Program-made: the position numbers and the translations under genes
DNA from: Candidatus Dormiibacterota bacterium
Lineage (GTDB): Bacteria; Chloroflexota; Dormibacteria; Aeolococcales; Bog-877
Length of the DNA stretch: 64,000 nt
NCBI GenBank assembly: GCA_049799515.1
Contig: JBARIA010000143.1
Location: forward strand, 7,708-71,707
Reading direction: 5' to 3'
The notes under the pieces: generated by a model
The model's input: the letters and a program-made list of their open reading frames with translations, nothing else
What the model was told of the DNA's origin: nothing
The model's database searches: none
Shown here: positions 1-8,716 of the stretch, piece after piece
Position numbering within the stretch: position 1 is the stretch's first letter
How the letters are laid out: every line of letters begins with the position of its first letter

Positions 1-441
1 TTTAGCGAAAAGCAGGTGCGGCCGATGGGTCGGGACACTCAGGGGGTCACGGCCGTCCGCCTCCGCGGCAACGATCTGGTGGCGGGGGCAGACATCGTGC
101 GCCCCGAGGGCCATGTGCTGGTGGTGACTCAGAACGGCTTTGGCAAGCTGACTCCGGTCTCTGACTACCCGGTCAAGAGCCGGGCGATCCAGGGCGTCTA
201 CACCCTCGACCAGCATGCCATTTCCAAGGTCGGTGAGATCGTGGGGATGACGATCGTCGAGGACCTTTCCGATGAGCTGATGCTGATCAGCACCCGAGGT
301 CAGATCATCCGCATTCCCCTGGAGGGGGTGAGGATCTCCAGCCGCCAGACTCGCGGGGTGATCCTGATGCGCCTGGACGATGGGGACCTGGTCGGCTCGA
401 TCGCCGGTGTGGCTCCTCCCGGCGACCTCGAGGAGGAGTAG
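1..441 (+). CDS. gyrA: DNA gyrase subunit A, C-terminal fragment (gene starts upstream of window)
   Basis: In-frame from position 1. The translation (...RPMGRDTQGVTAVRLRGNDLV...LISTRGQIIRIPLEGVRISSRQTRGVILMRL...) matches the GyrA C-terminal beta-pinwheel blade repeats and acidic tail. Confidence 0.8.
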   Translation, partial: FSEKQVRPMGRDTQGVTAVRLRGNDLVAGADIVRPEGHVLVVTQNGFGKLTPVSDYPVKSRAIQGVYTLDQHAISKVGEIVGMTIVEDLSDELMLISTRGQIIRIPLEGVRISSRQTRGVILMRLDDGDLVGSIAGVAPPGDLEEE

Positions 442-524
442 CGGTCTCACCGGCTGGCGGCCCCGGCGTGCTCGGTTAGGCCAACCTGAGCCACATCCTC
501 TTCGAGCTGACCCACCTGCCAGCG

Positions 525-1109
525 GTGGGCATCTACGGCTTCCTCCTGTTTTGGCTGGCCGCCGAATCGGTGGGGGTCCCGCTGCCGGACGAGGCGGTTT
601 TGCTCACCGTGGGCTTCCTGGCCCATGAGGGCACGGTCCAGTTGGCTCCGGCGATGGCCTGCGCGGCCACCGGAGCGGTGATCGGGTCGACCATCTCCTA
701 CAACCTGGGGCTGCGTCTGGGGCGGCCGGTTGTGGCCAGGATCGTGGCCCGGGTCGGGATCCAAGGAGAGCGGCTGGAGAGCGCCGAGCACTGGATGCGG
801 CGCCGAGGAGGGGTCGGCGTCTTCCTCACCCGAGTTCTCCCGATCGCCCGTAACGTCGCCTCCTACGCGGCCGGCATCGCGGCGATTCCCCCCCGGGTCT
901 TCTACCCAGCCATGGTTGGTGGCTCGGTGCTCTGGTGCGTCACCGTCCTCTCGGTCGGGGACCTGGTCGGCGCCCATTACAAGGACATCCTTCGGGTGGG
1001 CGGCGTGGCCTTTCTGGGCGTGCTGGCGGCGGCGATCGTCGGAGTTATCGCCTGGCTGACCTGGGCCTGGATCAGGCGGCGCCGCACCGGGGCGCGCGGG
1101 TCGACATGA
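525..1109 (+). CDS. DedA/VTT-family membrane protein
   Basis: 194 aa, multi-TM, with the SNARE-associated/DedA core (LPDEAVLLTVGFLA...RVLPIARNVASYAAGIAAIP). A DedA gene downstream of gyrA is common in actinobacteria. Confidence 0.7.
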   Translation: MGIYGFLLFWLAAESVGVPLPDEAVLLTVGFLAHEGTVQLAPAMACAATGAVIGSTISYNLGLRLGRPVVARIVARVGIQGERLESAEHWMRRRGGVGVFLTRVLPIARNVASYAAGIAAIPPRVFYPAMVGGSVLWCVTVLSVGDLVGAHYKDILRVGGVAFLGVLAAAIVGVIAWLTWAWIRRRRTGARGST

Positions 1110-1178
1110 CCGCCCAAGGAAGCAGCCCTCTGGCAAGTGAGCCCTCCCCACCGATCTCGGGCTCGAAGCCGGTTCAGA

Positions 1179-1700
1179 TCAGGAGATCTCGGTCCTCAGC
1201 GGAGGCAGGTCCTCGGGCAGAGCCGCCCGAATCAGGACCAGTCGGCAGTGGGCATGGTTCAGCAGTTCGGTGCCGGTTCTTCCCAGGCTGAACTCGCCGA
1301 ACCTAGCCTTGGTTCCCAGCCCGACGACCATCAGGTCGGCTTCCCATCGCCGGGCCTCGTCGATGATCGCGGGCCCGGCCTCACGGGCCTGGAGCACGGT
1401 GGTCTGGACCTTAGATTCCAGGCTAGTGGCGACCTCCTCCATGCCCACCAGCACCTCCTCGGCCCGACCGAGCTCGCCACCCAGGCTGGCCGAAAGCGGC
1501 AGATTGCGAGCGACCTCGAGGACGGTGATCACCAGGATGTCGGCCTTGGCTGGTCGGGCCAGTCGGCAGGCGGCCTTGAGGGCGTCCGTGTCGGCCGGCT
1601 CGCCGCGGACCGGAACCACAATTCGGCGGGGCCAGAGAATGCCCGAGCGCTCGCCGGTGGGCGCGCCCGTGGGTCGGGAGCGAAAGATCCTCGAGGTCAT
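1179..1700 (-). CDS. Universal stress protein (UspA family)
   Basis: 173 aa with the UspA fold signature (RIVVPVRG...ILVITVLE...ADLMVVGLGTK..GSV..LNHAHCRLVLI). Confidence 0.75.
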   Translation of the reverse strand: MTSRIFRSRPTGAPTGERSGILWPRRIVVPVRGEPADTDALKAACRLARPAKADILVITVLEVARNLPLSASLGGELGRAEEVLVGMEEVATSLESKVQTTVLQAREAGPAIIDEARRWEADLMVVGLGTKARFGEFSLGRTGTELLNHAHCRLVLIRAALPEDLPPLRTEIS

Positions 1701-1907
1701 CTAGAGCCATTGTCGCCGCTCTGAGCGACGCTGGTCTGCTCTCCCGCGAACTCTCCCGGCGTCCGAGCCCGGAGTCTTCCCGCAACCTAGCGGTCTTCAG
1801 CCACCGGTGCCCATTCTTGAACTGTCTAGGCCCGCCGACTCAGGTTGTGATCCGGGATTACTCAGGGAGGCCTCAAACCGCCTCTGCGATCGGGGATATA
1901 CTCGCGG

Positions 1908-2371
1908 CCGTGAAGGTGGTGATCGTAGGGTGTGGCCGGGTGGGCTCCACCCTGGCCCGAGACCTGGCCCACGATGGCCACGATGTCAGCATCGTCGACA
2001 TCTCCCGGCGGGCCTTCGACCGGCTCGGTGCGGACTTCCCTGGGCAGGCGGTCCTGGGCAGTGGCATCGATCAGGAGATCCTGGAGCAGGCCGGTGCCGA
2101 GAAGGCGGACTGCTTCATCTCCGTCACCAACGGGGACAACCGCAACATCATGTCGGCCCAGGTCGCCAGGGAGATCTTCAAGATTCCCCGCGTCATGACC
2201 AGGATCTACGACCCGATCCGGGAACGGGTCTACCGGGAGATGGGGCTTTACACGTTCTGCCCCACGGTGGTGGGTGCGGCGATCGCCCGCACCTTCTTCG
2301 AGGGCGGACCGGACGAGGCGGATCGGGCCCGCCACGCGGTGGCCGCGTCGGGGGCGTCCGGAGGTGCCTGA
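1908..2371 (+). CDS. TrkA-N (RCK N-terminal) NAD-binding K+ transport regulatory protein
   Basis: Rossmann motif VKVVIVGCGRVGSTLARDL with acidic D35-like residue. GTG at 1908 is the likely start; the track ORF begins earlier at 1817. Its stop overlaps the start of the next TrkA gene. Confidence 0.7.
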
Positions 2372-3047
2372 CCGGCCCGGCTACATCATCGTGATCGGAG
2401 CTGGCAAGGTCGGCTTCTATTTGACCCGCCACCTCCTCGAGGGTGGGTATGAGGTGGCTCTAATCGAGAAGGACCCGGGTCGAGCGGCCATGGTGGCCGC
2501 CCAGTTGGGCAGCTGCGCCAGCCTGGTCGGCGACGGGGATGAGATGGCCTTTCTGGCCACCAGCGGCATCGAGCGAGCCGACGTGGTGGCGGCGGTCACC
2601 GGGGACGACGAGGACAATCTGGTCGCCTGCCAGCTGGCCAAGCGCCAGTTCAAAGTGCCCCGGACCATCGCCCGGGTGAACAACCCCAGGAACGTACAGC
2701 TCTTCCATCAGCTTGGGGTGGATGTCGCTGTATCGGCGACCGAGCTAATCCTGGGCGTGATCGAGAGCGGGCTCGCCACTCACGGAGACGTGCTCCAGAT
2801 TCCGATGGGCGGCAGCAAGGCATCGCTGGTCCGGGTGACCGTGCCGGTGGGCGCGGCAGTGGGCCGGCAGGCGAGCGAAATCACCGACCTGGCTGCCGAG
2901 CGGCTCCTCCTGATTGTGCGCAACGGCCGGGAGATTCCCTCCGAAACGCCGCTCGAAGCCGGGGATCAGATCGTGCTCTTTACTCAGCGCCCAGCTTCGG
3001 ACTTCATGCTGGAGGTGCCGGAGCTGGCTTCTCCGGTGACCCGCTGA
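2364..3047 (+). CDS. TrkA-N + TrkA-C (RCK) domain protein
   Basis: IIVIGAGKVGFYLTRHL Rossmann motif plus a C-terminal TrkA_C-like segment (VRVTVPVGAAVGRQASEI...ERLLLIVRNGREIPS..PLEAGDQIVLFT). GTG start at 2364 overlaps the upstream stop (GTGCCTGA). Confidence 0.75.
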   Translation: MPDRPGYIIVIGAGKVGFYLTRHLLEGGYEVALIEKDPGRAAMVAAQLGSCASLVGDGDEMAFLATSGIERADVVAAVTGDDEDNLVACQLAKRQFKVPRTIARVNNPRNVQLFHQLGVDVAVSATELILGVIESGLATHGDVLQIPMGGSKASLVRVTVPVGAAVGRQASEITDLAAERLLLIVRNGREIPSETPLEAGDQIVLFTQRPASDFMLEVPELASPVTR

Positions 3048-4431
3048 GACCCGCTTTCCCCAGCTCGCCATAGCGCTCCCACAGCCTCCCCACCGCCTGC
3101 ATCCCTCGGAAGAGCTGGTTCAGGACCACCCGCTCGTTGGGAGCGTGGATTCGATCCCCGGGAAGCCCCACCCCCAGGAGCACACAGGGAATGCCTAGCT
3201 CCTCGGAGATCGACGCCACCGGGGGGATGCTGCCGCCTTCCCGGATGTAGCGCGTCTCCTGTCCCCAGATCTCCTCCAGGACCTCGGCGGCGACTCTCAC
3301 CGCAGGGTGGTTCGAGGGAGTAAGCACCCAGCTGCCGGTTGAGATTGTCTGGAACTCGATTCGGACTCCCGGGGGGGCGATCTGACGCAGATACGCCTCG
3401 ACCAACACAGTCACCCGGTCGGTCTTCTGGTTGGGCACCAGCCGGGAGGAAAGCTTGGCGGCGGCCCGGGCCGGGATCACTGTCTTGGAGCCCTCCCCCT
3501 GATACCCGCCCCAGATTCCGCAGAGCTCCATGGTCGGGCGGACAGTCCGACGCTCGGCGGTGCTGAACCCGGCCTCGCCGCCGAGCACCACAGCGGGCTC
3601 AGCGGCGAACTCCCGCTCATCGAAGGGAATTGCCGCGATCTCCGCTCGCTCCGGATCGCTCAGCTCCACGACATCGTCGTAGAAGCCGGGCACCGCCACC
3701 CGGCCGTCCGCATCGTGAAGCCTGGCCACCATCTCCGCGAGCACCGTGATCGGATTGAGGACTGCCCCGCCGAAGACTCCCGAGTGGAGGTCGGTCGAGG
3801 CGGCCTCCACATGTAGCTCCCAGTAGGCGAGGCCCCGGAGGCCCACCGTCAGGGCTGGGACGGTCTCAGCCGGCATTCCGGTGTCGGAGATCACTGCGAC
3901 ATCCGCCTGCAGTCGGTCGCGATGCTCGACCAGCAGCTCCGCGAAGTGTTCCGACCCGTTCTCCTCCTCTCCCTCGGCGATCAGCTTGAGGTTGATCGGG
4001 AGCTTCCCCCGGGCATTGAGGTAGCCGCGGAGCGCCTCCAGGTGCATGGCCAGGTGACCCTTGTCATCGGCCGTACCACGCCCCAGCAGCTGTCCGTCTC
4101 GCTCGAGTGCCTCGAAGGGCGGCTTGTCCCACTCAGCGACCGGATCGACCGGCTGGACGTCGTGGTGGCCGTAAACCAGGATGGTGGGGAGGAGCGGGTC
4201 CTCGATTCGCTCGGCGAACACCGCCGGATGCCCGGCGGTATCCCAGACCTCAGCGACTGGGAAGCCGGAGTCGAGAGCCGCCTGACGCAGGAACGCCGCT
4301 GAGCGACGCACCTCCGGGGCCCGCTCGGGATCGGCGCTGACCGATGGGATGGCCACCCAGCGGGTGAGCGTGCCGACCAAATCTCGCTCTCGGCCCTGAA
4401 TGGCCGCGGCGAGATCGTCTACCGGCCTCAC
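3004..4431 (-). CDS. M20-family dipeptidase (ArgE/DapE/PepV-like)
   Basis: 475 aa with HHDVQP, GRGTADDKG and EGEEENGS metal-binding and catalytic motifs typical of peptidase M20. Confidence 0.8.
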   Translation of the reverse strand: MRPVDDLAAAIQGRERDLVGTLTRWVAIPSVSADPERAPEVRRSAAFLRQAALDSGFPVAEVWDTAGHPAVFAERIEDPLLPTILVYGHHDVQPVDPVAEWDKPPFEALERDGQLLGRGTADDKGHLAMHLEALRGYLNARGKLPINLKLIAEGEEENGSEHFAELLVEHRDRLQADVAVISDTGMPAETVPALTVGLRGLAYWELHVEAASTDLHSGVFGGAVLNPITVLAEMVARLHDADGRVAVPGFYDDVVELSDPERAEIAAIPFDEREFAAEPAVVLGGEAGFSTAERRTVRPTMELCGIWGGYQGEGSKTVIPARAAAKLSSRLVPNQKTDRVTVLVEAYLRQIAPPGVRIEFQTISTGSWVLTPSNHPAVRVAAEVLEEIWGQETRYIREGGSIPPVASISEELGIPCVLLGVGLPGDRIHAPNERVVLNQLFRGMQAVGRLWERYGELGKAGLSGSPEKPAPAPPA

Positions 4432-4480
4432 CAGCCCCGGGTCCTCGCCGCAGCGAGGCCCGGGCCGAGTGAGAAGGCCC

Positions 4481-4630
4481 TCAGGCCGCCTTCCCGATCT
4501 TGAAGATCTTGGTTCCGCAGACGGGGCAGGTACCGGTTGTTGCCGGCTTGCCGTTCTTCAGTTGCGTTGGCTGGGGGTTGGAAATCTCCCGCGCCGTCTT
4601 GCACTTCATGCAAAAGCCGGTAACGGCCAT
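4481..4630 (-). CDS. Small zinc-ribbon protein (DUF5679-like)
   Basis: 49 aa, MAVTGFCMKCKTAREISNPQ...TCPVCGTKIFKIGKAA, with a CxxC...CxxC pair. ATG at 4630 is preceded by a GGAGGGG Shine-Dalgarno. The track ORF is longer, but its N-terminal part is low-complexity. Confidence 0.55.
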   Translation of the reverse strand: MAVTGFCMKCKTAREISNPQPTQLKNGKPATTGTCPVCGTKIFKIGKAA

Positions 4631-4787
4631 CTTGGTACCCCTCCGCTGGAAGTAGAGCCCGAACTCGGAAGCAGGGCGATCAGCCGCATTGTATTCACCA
4701 ACTCGACTTCCCGCAACCTCAAACACATATTGGCCTTCAGACGGAAGCCCGCGCCCCGGTCCTTTTGGGGTGCTGCTGGAAGCCAAT

Positions 4788-5612
4788 TCAGGCCTCTTCC
4801 GCCTGAGATCGCCTTTGCCGCTCAAGCCATCCGAAAAGACCGGCGGCGTTGGAGCTTATGCCGTTGAGCGTGTCCGCCGCCGGTTGCCGGCCTGGTTCCC
4901 CGCCTCCCTGCGGGCCCAGGCGCTCCCGAAGTGCCTTTTCGATGTGATCTAGTTCGGGGCGCTCTCGGTAGGCGTCCTGGGCGATCGTGGCCCAGCTGCG
5001 CAGCTTCTCCTCCGCCTCGTGCAGCACCTCCTCCGGTTCTCCGGCGGAGCCGTAGTGGGTCAGGATCAACTGGCTCGGGCGAAGCTCGAGGAATCTGTGC
5101 AGGGAGCCGATCGCCAACTCCAGATCGAAGTCGTCCGGTGGTGTCGCCGGTCGCAGAGGACCCGCCCCGGGCACCTTCACTCCCACCGCGTCGCCGACCA
5201 TAAGCACCCCCGAATCCGACTCCAACACTCCGATGTGGTGCTTGGCGTGCCCAGGGGAGTGGACCAGCCTCAGCTGCCTGCCCCGGCCCAACTCGATCAC
5301 CCCTCCGTCCTCGGCGGCCACCAGGCGGTCGGGGTCGACCGCGGTCATCCTGCCGTAGAGAGAATCGAGCCGGGTGCCGTACACATGAGCCGCGGCGTTG
5401 ATCAGGCGCGCGGGGTCAGCCAGGTGGCGCAACCCACGGGGATGACACACCACCTTTGCCTTGGGAAACCGCAGGGCAATCTGCCCCACCGCACCGGCGT
5501 GGTCGAGGTGGATGTGGGTCAGCACCACCCAGGCGAGGTCGTCAGCGGCGAGTCCGTGCCGGGCGAGGCCAGCTAGAACCTGATCGACGTCGCGCTGAGG
5601 ACCGGTCTCCAC
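4788..5612 (-). CDS. MBL-fold metallo-hydrolase
   Basis: HxHxDH motif (THIHLDHAG), downstream HSPGH, and a C-terminal helical extension. The N-terminus probably extends upstream of the annotated ATG (see findings). Confidence 0.75.
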   Translation of the reverse strand: METGPQRDVDQVLAGLARHGLAADDLAWVVLTHIHLDHAGAVGQIALRFPKAKVVCHPRGLRHLADPARLINAAAHVYGTRLDSLYGRMTAVDPDRLVAAEDGGVIELGRGRQLRLVHSPGHAKHHIGVLESDSGVLMVGDAVGVKVPGAGPLRPATPPDDFDLELAIGSLHRFLELRPSQLILTHYGSAGEPEEVLHEAEEKLRSWATIAQDAYRERPELDHIEKALRERLGPQGGGEPGRQPAADTLNGISSNAAGLFGWLERQRRSQAEEA

Positions 5613-5837
5613 CAGGCAGGGCTCTTCGGCCGAGATCAGGAAGACCGAGTTGACCTCCTCCCAGCCACCGAGCAGAGTGTCGATCTGCCACAGCCCCGGC
5701 GCTAATTGCTTGTCCAGATTCTCACCTCACCACCTCACGACATCCCAGCTTTCGCGCGGCCACCGTAGTGCCCCCAGGGGGTCCTGGCGGGCCGCCTCAG
5801 CTAACTCACAGCTCATCCCGATGACACTCACAGGCGG

Positions 5838-7361
5838 GTGGGCTCTACTTGCGTCTCCGGCAAGTTAGCTGGACATTCTGTCTCAGGAGCTTCTTTGTAC
5901 TTCCGATACCTAGCGCGAGAACTCCGCCGTCGCGCCCGTTCGGCCTCTGTGGTGGCGATTGGCTTAGCCCTCGGCGTGGGCCTGGTGATTACGGTCACCG
6001 CAGCGGCCGCCGGGGTGAAGGCCGCTCAGGGCCAGGTGCTGCACTCGCTCTACGGCGTCGGCACGGACATCACGGTCACCGAGACGGCCACGCCGGGCAG
6101 CGGAGGGGCGTTCCACTTTGGTGGCCTGCCCGTAAAGGGCTCGGCTGGGACGGCCATCAACGAGGATCATCTGAGTTCGCTTCCGGGGCAGACCACGATC
6201 AAAGACTCGGTGGTCTCTTCGATCTCCAAGCAGAAGGGGGTCGCCGGAGCTACAGGCACCCTCAACCTGAACTCGGTGCACATCACGGGTACGGCCGGCG
6301 GCTCCAGCTCGAGCGCGGGCCCAACTCCGTTCAACATCTCGACCTTCACCGTGGCGGGGATCAACGCAGACGACCCCGGGCTGGGTCCCTTGAGCGCTTC
6401 CAACATCACCTCCGGCACCAAGGTCGTCGGTGACTGGTTCAAGCGGGTGCAGCAGCCCGCCGCCAGCGACCGCCTGTACGCACTGGTAAGCACCAGTTAC
6501 GCGAAGCAGGAATCGCTCAAGGCCGGGTCGACGGTCGCCATCTCCGGCACCAAGTTCACCGTCCTCGGCTTGGTGGGAGTCTCGTCGACAGCATCCACCG
6601 ACGACGTCTACATCCCGCTGAGCGAGGCGCAGTCACTCTCCGGTGATACCGGCAAGGTGAACACGATCTATGTGACCGCCGACAACTCCTCGGATATCTC
6701 GGCGGTCCAGAAGGAGATCGAGCACCTGGCGCCTAAGGCGACGGTAACGACCGCCGCCGATCTCGCCAGCGAGGTGACCGGATCGCTCGGCACCGCGGCC
6801 ACCCTGGCCGACTCCCTGGGCTTCTGGCTGGCGGTGCTGGTCCTGTTGGCGGCCTTCGTGTTGGCCGCGCTGCTCACCACCTCCTCCGTGACCCGCCGGG
6901 TGCGCGAGTTCGGCACCCTCAAGGCGATGGGGTGGCGCAGCCGCCGGATCGTGGGACAGGTGCTGGGCGAATCGGTGGTTCAGGGACTGGTGGGCGGCGC
7001 TGCGGGCATTGGGCTTGGCGTGCTGGGCGCCTTTATGGTCACCAGGTTCTTCCCGACTCTGAGCGCCAAAGTTCCCACTCCCGGGACGGCGACCGGTGCA
7101 AGCCCCTTCACGTCCCACGGTGGGTTCGGCGGCGGGTTCGGCGGCAGGGGAGCCAGCGGGACGACGCCGCACAAGTCCTTCACCCACACCTTCGCTCCCG
7201 CCAGCCATTCCATCCCCGTGCACATGACAGCCCCGCTCAGCTGGGAGATCTTCGGTCTGGCCGTTCTGCTCGCGGTGGCCGGCGGACTTATCGCTGGCCT
7301 CCTCGGTGGATGGCGAGCCGCCCGCCTGCAGCCGGCCGAAGCGCTTCGCCGGGTCGAGTGA
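5838..7361 (+). CDS. ABC transporter permease, FtsX/MacB-type with periplasmic core domain
   Basis: N-terminal TM, a roughly 250 aa extracytoplasmic domain, then a C-terminal FtsX-like three-TM bundle (FWLAVLVLLAAFVLAALL...REFGTLKAMGWRSRRI...). Start position is uncertain. Confidence 0.75.
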   Translation: MGSTCVSGKLAGHSVSGASLYFRYLARELRRRARSASVVAIGLALGVGLVITVTAAAAGVKAAQGQVLHSLYGVGTDITVTETATPGSGGAFHFGGLPVKGSAGTAINEDHLSSLPGQTTIKDSVVSSISKQKGVAGATGTLNLNSVHITGTAGGSSSSAGPTPFNISTFTVAGINADDPGLGPLSASNITSGTKVVGDWFKRVQQPAASDRLYALVSTSYAKQESLKAGSTVAISGTKFTVLGLVGVSSTASTDDVYIPLSEAQSLSGDTGKVNTIYVTADNSSDISAVQKEIEHLAPKATVTTAADLASEVTGSLGTAATLADSLGFWLAVLVLLAAFVLAALLTTSSVTRRVREFGTLKAMGWRSRRIVGQVLGESVVQGLVGGAAGIGLGVLGAFMVTRFFPTLSAKVPTPGTATGASPFTSHGGFGGGFGGRGASGTTPHKSFTHTFAPASHSIPVHMTAPLSWEIFGLAVLLAVAGGLIAGLLGGWRAARLQPAEALRRVE

Positions 7362-7426
7362 GCAGTCCGACTTGAATATGAGTCAGTCAGCCCCACCGCG
7401 GCGCGCGCTGCTTCCGGAGACCACCC

Positions 7427-8161
7427 ATGTATGAACTGAAGAAGCTCTCCAGGATCTATCCCAAGGGCCGGGGCAAGGTGACGGCCCTCAAGGAGGTGAG
7501 CCTGGTGATCCAGGACGGCGAGTTCCTGACCGTCCAGGGACCCACCGGCCATGGCAAGACCACGCTGCTCCTGCTGCTTGGGGGGCTGGACCGGCCGACC
7601 TCGGGGAGTGTCGTCTTCGACGGTCGGGATCTGGGCACCTTGCGCGAGTCCCAACTGGTGGACGTCCGCGCCCAGAACTTCGGGTTCATCTTTCAGAGCT
7701 ACAACCTGATGCCGACGCTGACCGCCGCCGAGAACGTGGAGGCCGCCCTGGTGCCGCTCCGAATCCCAACCGCCACCCGGCGCTCCCGCTCGTTGGCGGC
7801 CTTGGACGAGGTGGGACTGGCCGACCGAGCCGCTCACTTCCCGACGGAGCTCTCCGGCGGGGAGCAGCAACGGGTCGCGATCGCCCGGGCCCTGGTCAAG
7901 GAGCCGAAGGTGATCCTTGCCGACGAGCCGACCGGCAACCTCGACGAGGTCACCAGGGGGGAGATCGTGGCCCTGATGGAGCGACTCTGGAGGGAGCGCG
8001 GGATGACCCTGGTGGTGGTCACCCACGACACTCAGGTGGCCAAGCGGGCGCCCCGAACCGCGCTTATCACCAACGGCTCCCTCACCTTGCGGATGAACCA
8101 GAAGAGGGTCGTTCCGGGCAAGGCGGAGCCAGAGGCTTCCGCCGAGCCGGTGGAGATCTAG
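7427..8161 (+). CDS. ABC transporter ATP-binding protein (MacB/LolD-like)
   Basis: Walker [10 protein letters not shown], signature [15 protein letters not shown], Walker [12 protein letters not shown]. Confidence 0.85.
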   Translation: MYELKKLSRIYPKGRGKVTALKEVSLVIQDGEFLTVQGPTGHGKTTLLLLLGGLDRPTSGSVVFDGRDLGTLRESQLVDVRAQNFGFIFQSYNLMPTLTAAENVEAALVPLRIPTATRRSRSLAALDEVGLADRAAHFPTELSGGEQQRVAIARALVKEPKVILADEPTGNLDEVTRGEIVALMERLWRERGMTLVVVTHDTQVAKRAPRTALITNGSLTLRMNQKRVVPGKAEPEASAEPVEI

Positions 8162-8191
8162 GCCCTCGAAGGCCCGACCTATACTCGACCG

Positions 8192-8716
8192 GTGGACCGA
8201 CCTGACGAGTTGCCGACTCCACCTCCCGCCGAAGAGGAACCGGTCGGGGGGCAGCTCTCCGCCCCGGACACCGAACCCGCCGATGGTGGCCCGCCGCCGG
8301 AGTTTCTCAACCCGGAATCTCCTCGCTACCAGCCGTGGGCCGAGAAGCAGATCACCAATGCGGTCAAGGAGAAGCGCCCCCTTCAGGAATTCATGGTCGA
8401 GTTCGACGCCCGGGTGGTCGCCTACGGGGAGATAGGCAGCGGGAACTGGGATCCCCAGCACCAGGAGAAACTGCTGGCGAAATTCAGCTCGGCCCGGCCG
8501 AACTCCGCCCCCAGCCGCCGTCGCCGTCGCCGCCGACCCGCCGGAGCGCCGGCAGCCCAGCAACCCCAATCCCGTGTCCAGGGTCGCCATCCGGGTGCCG
8601 GACCGTCCGCACCACCTGCGACGGCCGAGGCTGGCCCCGGAGCCGAACGCCGCCGCCGCCGCCGTCGCCGACCACGAGGGGGCCGTCGCCCACCCGAGGC
8701 CGGATCCGGAGGGTGA
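8192..8716 (+). CDS. Hypothetical protein with Arg-rich low-complexity C-terminal half
   Basis: GTG start at 8192; 174 aa. The N-terminal 100 aa look globular (PRYQPWAEKQITNAVKEKRPLQEFMVEFDARVVAYGEIGSGNWDP). The C-terminus carries RRRRRRR and RRRRRRRPRGGRR tracts. The stop overlaps the next GTG start (GTGA). Confidence 0.4.
   Translation: MDRPDELPTPPPAEEEPVGGQLSAPDTEPADGGPPPEFLNPESPRYQPWAEKQITNAVKEKRPLQEFMVEFDARVVAYGEIGSGNWDPQHQEKLLAKFSSARPNSAPSRRRRRRRPAGAPAAQQPQSRVQGRHPGAGPSAPPATAEAGPGAERRRRRRRRPRGGRRPPEAGSGG

Noticed and set aside
8500-8700. CGC/CGT-rich tandem-like tracts (possible simple repeat or CRISPR-like periodicity)
   Set aside because: These are irregular codon-level Arg repeats inside an ORF, not spacer-repeat architecture. 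No CRISPR array exists in the window.
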